From Narcine bancroftii (Eukaryota): 64,000 nt of DNA. Under the pieces are notes generated by a model. That model ran no database searches, was not told the origin of the DNA, and saw nothing but the letters and a program-made list of their open reading frames with translations. Shown here one piece after another: positions 50,530 to 62,024 of the stretch. The DNA lies in NCBI RefSeq assembly GCF_036971445.1, contig NC_091480.1, forward strand, positions 38,502,001 through 38,566,000, read 5' to 3'. Each line of letters opens with the position of its first letter. Position 1 is the first letter of the stretch. The position numbers and the translations under genes were made by a program.

Positions 50530-53500
50530 ATGGATCAAAACATTAATTTTGTCTCTTGGAATGCTAATGGTTTAAACCACCTGTTTAAAAGGAGGAAGGT
50601 CTTTAAAGTATTCCAGAGACTGAAAGCACAGATTATTTTTTTACAGGAGACTCATGTGAGGAAGGAGGATAATCTGCGTTTTTTTAAATCTTGGAAAGGC
50701 CCACAATTTCATGCCAACTCATGCTCTAAGACTCGAGGTGTATCTATTTTTATTGATCCCTCTATTACATTTGTTCAACATGACATCACTGTAGACCCTA
50801 ACGGCAGATTTTTATTGGTTACTGGGTTATTATTCAATATTAAGGTTGTCATGGTTAATGTTTATGCCCCGAATGTAGATCACCCTGAGTTTTTTAGATC
50901 TTTGTTTACTATTTTACCCAATCTAAATGAATATCATTTAATAATGGGTGGGGATTTTAACTGTTGTCTGAATCCCCTGCTAGATAGGTCGAAACCTTCA
51001 CAGTTCCTACCGAATAAATCGGCTACATATATTAACTCTTTCCTTACTAACTCCAGAGCTGTTGATATTTGGAGATTTCTTCACCCGACAGATAAAGAGT
51101 TTTCCTTTTTTTCTCATGTATACCATTCATACTCGAGAATTGATCACTTTTTTATTGATTCACGTTTTATTTCACTTGTAACTGCTTGTAAGTATGACAT
51201 TATAGCCATTTCGGATCACTCTCCATTACAACTCTCTCTTAAATTCAAAGACTCTGTTTCTACTATTAAGCACTGGCGTTTTGATGTTACATTATTGCAA
51301 GATTTAGACTTTGTTAAATTTATGAAAGAACAAATTAACATTTTTTTCAACAAATTACACTACGGAAATTTCTTATGGAATATTGTGGGATACATTCAAG
51401 GCTTATATTCGTGGTCAAATTATTTCTTACTCAGTAGCTTTGAAGAAATGCATCAAAAACAAGACTCATCTATTGGTTGAGAAGATTAAAGACATTGACA
51501 AGAAATATGTGACTGATCCTACTGAAGAACTTTACAAACAAAGAATTGAACTGCAGATGGAATATAATTTGTTACTTACATCTTCGATTGAAAACCAGTT
51601 AATTAGATCGAAATCTGATTTTTATGTGCATAGTGAGAAATCGGGTAAACTGTTGGCTAATCAACTGAAGAATATTTCAGTTAGACGCCAAATTGTGGAG
51701 ATTCGCAAACAGAATGGAGAACTGACTGTTAACCAGGAAGAGATAAATCAATCTATCCAAAATTTTTATACATCCTTATATAGTTCAGAATCCCCTCAAG
51801 ACCTTAGTAATATGTTTAATTTTTTAGAACATTTGAAACTCCCAAAAGTATTACCTCAAGATAACTTAGAATTAAGTAAACCCATTACAGATTCTGAGAT
51901 CAATAATACTATTTCCTCACTGAATTCGGGGAAAGCACCAGGTCCTGATGGATATTCTGTGGAATTTTATAAAGCTTTTTCTTCTACTCTCTCTCCCTGG
52001 CTTATTAAGATGTTTGATGAATCTATCACATTGGGTAAACTACCACAATCATTTTACAGAGCTACGATTTCTCTAATCTTGAAAAAAAATAAAGACCTGA
52101 CCGAATGTTCTTCTTATAGACCAATTTCTTTGTTGAATGTTGATTCTAAGATCTTCTCTAAAATTCTAGCGACAAGGCTAGAGAAGATATTACCATATAT
52201 TATCTCTGAAGACCAGACTGGATTCATTAAAAATCGTTATTCCTCCTTTAATATTAGAAGATTGATGAATATTATTTACACCCCTTCACATAAGTCCTCA
52301 GAATGTGTTATTTCATTAGATGCTGAGAAGGCCTTCCATAGAGTAGAATGGCCTTATTTATTTACAGTTCTTGAAAAATTTAATTTTAGTCCAATATTTA
52401 TATCTTGGATTAAACTTCTTTATAATTCCCCAGTTGCCTCGGTTTTTACTAATACCCAAAGATCGCCATATTTTCGATTATTTCGGGGCACCAGGCAAGG
52501 GTTCCCCCTTAGCCCTTTATTATTTAACTTAGCTTTAGAACCTTTGGCAATTGCTATCAGAGAAGCACCCAATATTACTGGTATTATTCGTTGCAGGGAT
52601 ATTCATAAAGTATCACTATATGCAGATGATTTATTGCTATATATTTCCAATCCTGAAAATTCTATTCCTGCAGTTTTATCTTTATTAGCCCAATTTAGTA
52701 ATTTTTCGGGATATAAACTGAACTTAAATAAAAGTGAATTATTCCCTTTTAATGGATGGGTTCCTATTTATGATAGTTTGCCTTTTAAAATAGCTAGAGA
52801 CTATTTTATATATTTAGGGATTAAGATTACTAAAAAACATAAAGATTTGTTTAGGACTAATTTTTTCCCTCTATTGGACCTGATCGGTAGTTTACTTACC
52901 AATTGGTCACCATTATCCCTATCTATGATAGGCCGAATTAATGCTATTAAGATGATGATCTTACCTAAATTTTTATATATATTCCAAGCTATATCTATTT
53001 TTGTTCCTAAATCTTTTTTTGATAAGGTCGATTCTAAATTGTCTTTATATATCTGGCAAAACAAGAATCCTAGATTGGGGAAAAAATATTTACAGAAATC
53101 TAAATTGGAGGGAGGATTGGCATTACCCAACTTTAGAATTTATTATTGGGCAATTAATATTAGTTACTTAAGGTATTGGTTGAATTATTCAGAATTATCT
53201 CTAAATCCCCATTGGGTAAATTTAGAAATTAAATTGGTACAAAATTTCTCAATTAGTTCTATTTTGGGAGCTGCTCTCCCTTTTACTCTTACTAAACTAT
53301 ATAAACTAATTGATAATCCAATGGCTAAACATACACTACGTATATGGTTTCAATTCCGGAGATTTTTTGGCCTAGTCATTTTATCTTGGAAACCCCTATT
53401 GTACTAAATTTCTTTTTTCATCCCTCTCTAATTGATCAAGCTTATTTACTCTGGAAAGTTAAAGGTATAACATGCTTTTCGGATTTATTCTTGGATAACT

Positions 53501-54309
53501 CTTTCATGTCATTTGAACAATTATCCATGAAATATGATTTACCTAGATCTCATTTCTTTCGATATTTGCAGATTAGGAGTTTCTTAGTTTCGACTTTACC
53601 CTCTTTTCCCAATCGGGAGACTACGACCGTTTTAGAGGATATACTATATTCAAAATTCCCTCCAAAAGGTGTGATATCTAAATTATATAATATAATTACA
53701 AAAATTAATTCTGGGACTTTTGGAAAGTTTAAAAATGATTGGGAAAGAGAACTCAACCTTCATATTTCCAATGAAAATTGGAATAAAATTCTGCGACTGG
53801 TAAACTCCTCTTCTCTATGTGCAAAACATTCACTGATACAGTTTAAAGTTGTTCATAGAGCTCATATGTCTAAAGATAAACTCCATCGTTTTTATTTTCA
53901 TATCGATCCTATATGTGATAAATGTCAATTGGAAATAGCTTCCCTTACACATATGTTTTGGTCCTGTCCCTCTTTACAGAATTATTGGAAGGAAATTTTT
54001 TCCATTATATCTACCATTTTGAATATTGATTTACAACCACATCCCATTACTGCAATTTTTGGATTACCTATGATAGATTTGACTTATTTATCTCTTCCTG
54101 CGGATCGTATGATTGCTTTTCTTACACTAATGGCTAGAAGATCTATACTATTGAATTGGAAAGAGGTTAATCCTCCGACTGTTTTCCAATGGTTTACCCA
54201 AACTATACTATGTTTAAATTTAGAGAAAATTAGAAACTCTGTCTATGAATCCCCTTCTAAGTTTGAGTTAACCTGGCGACCATTTATTCAATATTTTCAT
54301 TTGTGGTGA
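50530..54309 (+). pseudogene. L1 ORF2p (APE endonuclease, RT, CCHC) with two frameshifts
   Basis: SWNANGL, LQETH, GGDFN, SRIDHF, SDH; KAPGPDG, YRPISLLN, YADD; CDKC...HMFWSC. Frameshifts near 51345 and 53372. AFHRV and QGFPLSP deviate from the consensus AFDRV and QGCPLSP. Confidence 0.95.
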
Positions 54310-54857
54310 GTTGATCTGGCTCCGTTTTCTTTTTATGATTATGTATGATAATTGGGCTGTTAGATGAGATCGGAGTGATCGGCGTGATTTAGCTATATCC
54401 GTAGGTTTTTTTTTTAAAGTTTTTAACTCAGATTTGTTTTTTCTTCCTTTTTGGGGTTTGTTTTTTTTTTCTCTCTTTTTTTTATATATTTTTATTAATT
54501 ATATCATTTTTTTTAGAGATAGTTCATACTCTAAACTGATCTAAATTTTTTTTTATGATATATTTTTATTCTGCAATATTATTGTTTAATATCTCTGTAT
54601 TAATTTGTTATTTACTATGTATTTTTCATATCTCTTTGAACTGTATGTGTTTATAAATTATAATAATAATAAAAAGATTGGAAAAGAAAGAAAGAAAAAG
54701 AAAAAGCAAAGAGGCAAAGACCGGATGACGTGGAGGGCTTCGGGCAAGCCGTCCTACCAGCGGGACACTGGCAAATGTTTAGAACTAAGGGTTTGGCGTG
54801 TCACCTTCCAGATGGTGCCATTCCCCCTTTCCACCTGGCCATTACCTCTGGGGTTAT

Positions 54858-55329
54858 AGCATCGAATCCATGCTGCTGAAGATCCAACTGCGCTGGGTAG
54901 GTTACGTCTACAGAATGGAGGACCATCGCCTTCCCAATATCGTGTTATATGGCGAGCTCTCCACTGGCCACCAAGACAGAGGTGCACCAAAGAACAGGTA
55001 CAAGGACTGCCTAAAGAAATCTCTTGGTGCCTGCCACATTGACCACCGCCAGTGGGCTGATATCGCCTCAAACCGTGCATCTTGGCGCCTCACAGTTTGG
55101 CGGGCAGCAACCTCCTTTGAAGAAGACCGCAGAGCCCACCTCACTGACAAAAGACAAAGGAGGAAAAACCCAACACCCGACCCCAACCAACCAATTTTCC
55201 CTTGCACCCGCTGCAACCGTGTCTGCCTGTCTCACATCGGACTTGTCAGCCACAAACGAGCCTGCAGCTGACGTGGACATTACCCCTCCATAAATCTTCG
55301 TCCGCGAAGCCAAGGCAAAGAAGAAGAAG
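54858..55329 (+). mobile_element. RTE LINE, variant B, inserted in the Gypsy integrase
   Basis: RTE C-terminal ORF to 55271, (AAG)n tail, TSD atagc on both sides. Confidence 0.93.
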
Positions 55330-56532
55330 ATAGCTGGTGATCCTGCTGGTAGCTATGCCTCTGGTCAAAAAGTACTATTGCAGCTCTTCACTCATGAATA
55401 AGGTTCCCCGGTCACTATGGATGTAGTCGGGGTACCCGAAAAGAGTGAAGATACTGTTCAGGGCCTTGATGACCGTAGCCAAGATCACATCCAGGCAGGG
55501 GGTTGCAAGGGGAACCTGGAGAATTCGTCTACCACCGTCAGGAAGTAGGCGTTCCTATTTGTGGTTGGGAGGGGGCCCTTGAAGTCGAGTCTGAGTCGTT
55601 CGAAAGGACGAGTGGCCTTGATGAGGTGTGCCTTTTCTGTCCGGTAGAACTGAGGCTTACACTCTGTGCAGATTTGGCAACGTCTGGTCGTGGACCAGAC
55701 ATCCTCTACGGAGTACGGGAGGTTTCGTGTTTTGATTAAATGATACAACCTCGTGATCCGGGGTCCCACAGATTATCGTGCAGGGTCTGGAGATGGTCAA
55801 GATGCGCACTGGCGCACGTCCCTCAGGATAGGGCATCGGGGGGGGGGGGGGGGGTCATTGAGCTTACACAGCTGGTACAAGATGTCATAGTTGTAGGTGG
55901 ACAATTCAATCCTCCACCTCAGAATTTTATCATTCTTGATTTTACCCCGTTGTTTGGCACTGAACATGAAGGCCACTGCCCTCTGGTCAGTCAACAGGGT
56001 AAATCACTTACCGGCTAGGTAGTGCCTCCAGTGGTGCACCGCCTCAACGATAACTTGAGCCTCCTTCTCAACGGAGGCGTGCTGGAGTTCGGGACCGTGC
56101 AGGGTGCGGGAAAAAATTTCTACCGGCCTGCCTGTCTGGTTTAATGTGGCAGGCAGTGCGACATCGGAGGCATCGCTCGCTACCTGAAAGGGGACGGATT
56201 AATCCACGGCATGCATCGTGGCCTTAGCGATGTCTCCTCGAATTTGTTCAAAAGCAGCCTGGGCCTCCGCCGATATGAATTAGGGGATGGGACTTATCGG
56301 CGTGGTTGGGCACCCATTGCGCATAATATGAAAATAGCCACAGGCACCCCAGGTTTGCTGTCATATTTGAAGTCGGCTTCAAAGTGGCTGGGTACTTTGA
56401 TACAAGTGGGAAAATGACAATTGTTATGCATATGGTGAGACTTTCCAGTTGATATAACTTGAAAAATTTGTTCAGAGAAAAACTACCTTTTAATTTAGAT
56501 ATGATAAATTTCCTTCAGATAGAGTAATGATG

Positions 56533-57230
56533 CATTAGCCTTGTCGCTTCACTCCGTCCTGGCCCCTCCTGGAAAACGACGCCTCATACGCCTCAGCCTC
56601 ATTAGCCTTGTCGCTTCACTCTGTCCTGGCCCACCTGGAAAACGACGCCTCATACGCCTCAGCCTCATTAGCCTTGTCGCTTCACTCTGTCCTGGCCCAC
56701 CTGGAAAATGCCGCCTAATATGCCAGGCTGCTATTCATTGACTTCAGCTCGGCGTTTAACATGATCACTTCTCAAAGACTGGTGGAGAAGCTGTCCTCCC
56801 TGGGACTCAACGCCCCTCTCTGAAACTGGATCCTGAACTTTCTAATGGTCTGGATCAATAGCAGAATATTGAGCACCGTCATGCTGAACACTGGCACAAC
56901 TCAGCGCTGTGAGCTCAGTCCAATCCTGGTCATGCTACTGACCACGACTGCATCACAAGAACCAGCTCCAACAGTGTCATCGAGTTTGCAGATGACACAA
57001 CAGTCGTCGGGCTCATCAGCAACAATGAGTCGCACTACAGAGACGAGGTGGAAAATCTTGTGAAATGGTGTGAGAGTAATAACCTAAGTTTCAATGGGGA
57101 CAAAACAAAGGAGATGATTTTGGACTTCAGGAGGACCAGGAACAACCACCCTCCACATCACATCAACAACTTTGATTTAGAAAGAGTGGAGAGCACCAAG
57201 TTCCTTGCAGTTCACTTAATTAGTGACCTG
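56533..57230 (+). mobile_element. Rex1 RT fragment with a 66-bp tandem triplication at its 5' end
   Basis: [45 protein letters not shown]. Confidence 0.88.
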
Positions 57231-58349
57231 TCTGTTGTTCTTCTGTGTGTAGCCCCTTTTTGCCTTCTGAACTGCACAGGAGAGCTCTGCCCCTTGATGA
57301 TCTTAGTGCCATCCTACACCAAATTTAGCACATGACAGGGTGGGGGCAATGGAGTAATTTCAGACTCTGGAACATTATCCAACTTAACAATATGATACTA
57401 AAAATTCTCATAGGAACCATCCTTGTTGTAAGATAAATTAATAATCATAAGGTAATTTAATGATTTTCAGTAATTTTCCCACCAAAATAGATGACACAAC
57501 ATTTATGTCATGGACAAGGCATTCTGCAGTGTGGAAGGGTGAGTAATTGAGAGCATTATTCAAACCTGACAGCAAGACACAGAATGATTTATTCAACAGA
57601 TTTTTCTTACTTAACCATGTCCAGCCCTTCAAAAAGTCAGAAAATAATAATTTCCGAGAAAACAACATTTACCATAGACTACTCCATGATAACGAAAAGC
57701 AATGGTGGATATTTATTATCTTTTTTTCTCTCTTGGCATAATGCAGTAATTTAATTTATACCACTGCAGCAAGTAAGAATTTCAGTGCATCTGTACATCT
57801 TATCACTTTCATTCAAACTTCTACTCTATTCGTTTCATCGTACCTTCCAAAAGATTCTTTTCTAATCGTTGATCTCCACACAATTCAAATACAGATCCTA
57901 AAACATGGTATTGACTGCAAAAGGTTGGCATGCTCAAACTATAGCTATTCCAAGCCAATTACACCGTCCAAATATATCTTCCATAGTGCAGGGCTGAGAA
58001 GGCAAGGCTAACTGTGATTGGGTGAGAAGGCATGGGTTGATGATGAGGATGGGGAGTTGCCATGGCTGGATATCAGTGCCAGTCAAGAGGCAAGGGTGGC
58101 CACATAATTTGACCTCAGGGAGGACAGACAGATCAAAGATTCAAACTTTTAAGCAAAAATAGTACAATAAACACACCAAGAAGATTCTAATCAATAAAGG
58201 TTCACTGAGCCTGAATTACCCAGACTGCGACCACCACTCATTAGTTTTCCTGCACCCATGACAAACCAGTGTGACATAAACACAGAAAATTACCAGTGAG
58301 CCATCATACTCTTAAAACCATTCTTGCATGAGTCATGTAACTTCATTGC

Positions 58350-59185
58350 AACAGGCCTTTCGATCTAAATTGTGCATGTCGACCAAGTTGTCCACCTCAG
58401 CTAATCCCATTTCCCTGTTTGACGCATATCCCCTCGACCTTTTCTAGCTTTGTGGCTGTTTAAATACAAGTTAAAATGTTGGAACTGTACCCATCTCTAC
58501 CACTTCCTTGGGCAGTCTATGGTTACGAAAAAGTTTCTACTCAGTTTAATTTCCCACCTCACCTTATTGTCTCTAATTTTAAAACATCCTGATACTGAAA
58601 AAAAACGATGACTATTTACCCCTGACCTCTTTCGCTCAAAGGAAAAAAGCCACAGCCCATACAGCCTTTAGATCACCTGCCATCATGCTGCAAAACCATA
58701 GAATGTTACAACCCATCTAGTCCGGGCCAAATTATATTCTGCCTACTCTCAATGATCTGTACCTGGACCATAGGCCTCCATTCCCCTCCCATTCATGTAC
58801 CTATCCCCATTTCTCTTAAATATCAAAATTGAGCCTACATTCCCCAGTTCAGCACCACTCTGCATGACGCTCCCCTAAATGTTCTCTCTAAACATTTCAC
58901 CTTTCGCCCCGAACACACGTCCTCTGGTTCTTGTCTCACTTACCCTCAGTAGAAAAAACCTGCTTACCTTTCTACTATCCATATCCGACTATCAAATCTC
59001 CCCTCTATGCTCCAGGGAATAAAGTCCTAACCTGTCCAATCTTTCCCTCTAACTTAGTTCCTCAAGTCCCAGCAACATCCTTATAAATCTTCTCTGAACT
59101 GATAACTTTCTTGTAGTTATGTAAACAAAGCTGTTTTTGCCTCATAACTTCCCAACTCCTATACTGAATATTTTGATTTATGAAC
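58350..59185 (-). mobile_element. Two adjacent CR1 3' fragments
   Basis: 58695-59185 is collinear with CR1 22401-22980 (accatagaatgttacaac tail). An older piece lies at 58350-58670. Confidence 0.7.
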
Positions 59186-59472
59186 ATTTCCAATAGGCCC
59201 AAGACTAAAATTCTCAATAAATTTTCCCAATGCTCCTGGAACGAAGCAACTTCCTTCATTACACAACCCTTCCTAACTTTGTTAAAACCCAATGTCTCCA
59301 CTTCACCCAATCAAAACTCAAAATATGTTAACGTTGTAGCATATTAAACATTGCTCCCTCACAATTCTGGCACTCGAATGTACCAACATGGTTCAGATTT
59401 GGCATGTCAAAACCCTAACTCTACAGATCAGGGAGTGCACATTTTCATTGCTCTGATAATGCTTTATCCTGT

Positions 59473-59806
59473 GAAACACAAAAGTCTGCAGACACTGTGA
59501 ATATAGCAAAAACAAAAATGCTGGAGGAACTCAGCTGGTCTCACAGTACCCATAGGAAGTAAAGATATACTGTATTACCGACATTTCAGGCCTGAGCCCT
59601 TCCTTAAGGTTTGACTAAAAAAATCAGTCAACTGTATTAAAAGGCTGGGGAAAAGGGAATAATGGGAGGAGGAGGAGTACAGACAAACAGCCAAAAGGTG
59701 TTAATTGGATATGATAAGAGGACAGGAAGAGGAAAGGGGAGAAATGATTGGGGTAGGGATGGTTGCTTTAGGCTCTGTGAAAGAAGACAGGGAGGAAAGG
59801 GAAGAG

Positions 59807-59848
<42 letters not shown>

Positions 59849-62005
59849 CTAGAGGATAGGAGACCTAAGGAAAGATGGGGGGGGGGGGTGGTCTAACGGA
59901 AACTGGAATGGTCGATGTTAATGACATCTGGTTGGAGGGTTCCCAAACAGAATGTGAGCTTTTGTTCCTCCAATATGTGGGTTGCTTCAGTTTGGGAGTG
60001 CATGAGACCATGGACAGATATGTCAGCAATGGAATGGGGCAGGGAATTGAAATGGATGGTTTCTGAGAGATCCACGCTATTGCAGCAGACAGAGCCAAGG
60101 TGCTCAATGAAGCGATCTCCTAGTCTGCATCGAGTATCTCCAATGTAGAGGATATGCAATAGATGACCCCTGTAGATTCACAAATGAAATGTTGCTTCAC
60201 TTGGAGAGACTATTTAGGGCCCTGAATGGTGATGAGGGAGGAGGTGTGGGTGCAAGTGGAGCATCTCCTGTGATCACAAGGGTAGGTGCCAAGGGGGTGA
60301 TTAATGAGATGGACAAGGAAGCCACAGAGGGAGCGGTCCTTGCTGAAGATGGAGTGGGAGGAGAAGGGAATATATGTCTGCTGGGGGAAATCACATAATC
60401 GGTGGCAGAAATGGCAGAGGATGATATGTTAGATGCAGAGGCTATGGGTGGTAGGTGAAGACAAGGGGAATCCTGTTCTTGCTACGCATGGGGGAAGAGG
60501 GGGTCAAGACAGATGTAAGGTAAGGTGCATAAGCGAGTAGGGGCTGAGTTGATAGTGGTAGAAGGGAAGCCACGTTGTATGAAGAAGGAGGACATCTTTG
60601 ATGATCTGGCATGGAAGACGTCATCTTGGGAACAGATGTAATGGAGACGAAGGAATTGAGAGAAAGGAATTTAATCTTTACAAGGGAGAGGGCGTGATGA
60701 AGTGTAGCTGAGGTAGCTGTGGGAGTTGGTGGGTTTATATCAGATGTCTGTTGAGAGTTTGTCTCCCGAGATGTAGTCAGAGAGTCCAAGGAAAGGGAGA
60801 GTGTTACTAGAGATGGGCCAAATGAATTTGAGATCAGGGAGGAAGTTGGCAGCAAAGTGGATAAAGTCAACAAGCGCATCATGGGTACATGATGCAGAAT
60901 CCATGTAGTCGTCGATGTAGCGGAGGAAGAGTTGAAGGGCCTTGCCTGTGTTGGCTTGTGAGATGTATTGCTCCATGTAACCAACAAAAAAGCAGGCACT
61001 GCTGGGGCTTATGTGGGTACCCATGGCTATCCCTTTAACCTGGAGAAAGTGGGATGAGTCAAAGGAGAAGTTATTGAGAGTGTGGACAGTTTCAGCCACT
61101 GGATGGTGGAGGGGGACTGGATGGGTCTGTTGTTGAGAAAAAAATTAAGGGCTTTGAGGCCTTCTGTATGAGGGATGGAGGTGCATTGTGATTGGATATT
61201 GGTAAAGATGAAGTGGTTGAATTCAAAGGAACTGGAAGTTGTTGAAGTGATGGAGGGTGTGTGAAGTATCCTTGATGTAGCTGAGGAGGAACTGGTCCAG
61301 AGGGGGTGGGGGGGAGGATAAAACAGAGTCGAGGAAAGCAGTGACCAATTCGGTGGGGCAGGAACATGTGGACACGATGGGTCTGCCGGAACAATTCACA
61401 AGGTCACAATTGGGTTAATTGGGTTTATGGAACTTAGTTAGGAGGTAGAAACAGCCAGTGCAAGTTTGGGAAATAATATTTATTTCAGCCCAGACTAGAA
61501 AGGCTGAATGGTCTGTTTTCTATGCTGTAGTGTTCTATGGTTCTAATAACATTGAAGGCCATGCTAGGGAGATGACTAGGTGATGACAGAGATAATGCGA
61601 GATACAGTATTTTGTTGAGTTTTGGTGGGGCCACGTTGGAGGAAGTGTCTGCGAGTCGCCGCCTGACTTCGGCCAGATAGACCACCCTTGTCTGCAGCTT
61701 TGATGGTGAGGTTGGGATTAGTGCGGAGAGATTGGAGGGGGTGAGATTGGATTGAGTGAGGGAGTAGTGAAGTCAAGATGGTTAATATCTTGAAGGCAGA
61801 AGGCTGGAACAAGGTGTCTTGGAGGAGGAAGAAGATTTAAAGAAATAGCAGAGGTCTGTTGGGCAGACTGGAGAATCCTGGTTGTAGAAATGGTCACAAT
61901 GATGAAGGCAACAGAATAAGAGTTCAGTATCATGGCGTGCGCAGAACTCGTTGAAGTGTGGACGAAGGGGGACAAAAGTAAGGCCTCTAGTGAGGAGAGA
62001 GTGCT
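59473..62005 (-). mobile_element. Penelope-like element (RT plus GIY-YIG endonuclease), degraded
   Basis: IKAADKGG; FSFDSSHFLQVKGIAMGT; FLRYIDD; LPFL; YIGDTRCRLGDRFIEHL. pLTR at about 59473-59890 with a (GA)n tract at 59814-59845. Small CR1-tail insertion at about 61395-61545. Confidence 0.9.
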
Positions 62006-62024
62006 TTGTTTCTTTGTTTCATCA

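Larger units (their letters stand above)
48866..54698 (+). mobile_element. Full-length L1 (LINE-1) retrotransposon, fish type
   Basis: 15-bp TSD agaaaaagcaaagag (48851-48865 / 54699-54713), ORF1, a ~660-bp spacer, ORF2, a T-rich 3' UTR, AATAAA at about 54668 and an A/G-rich tail. Confidence 0.96.
47984..56362 (-). mobile_element. Gypsy/Ty3 LTR retrotransposon remnant (Mag-like), split by L1 and RTE
   Basis: 3' LTR 47984-48183 (TG...CA) preceded by a GGGGTGAG PPT. Integrase PFERLRLDFKGPLP, FLTVVDEFSRFP, YIHSDRG, YNPRGNGQVERGNG. RNase H FQVASDAS, EKEAQ, TDQRAVAFMF. Confidence 0.9.

Noticed and set aside
56533-56725. CRISPR-like repeat array
   Set aside because: The units are whole tandem copies of Rex1 coding sequence with no unique spacers, in a eukaryotic context.
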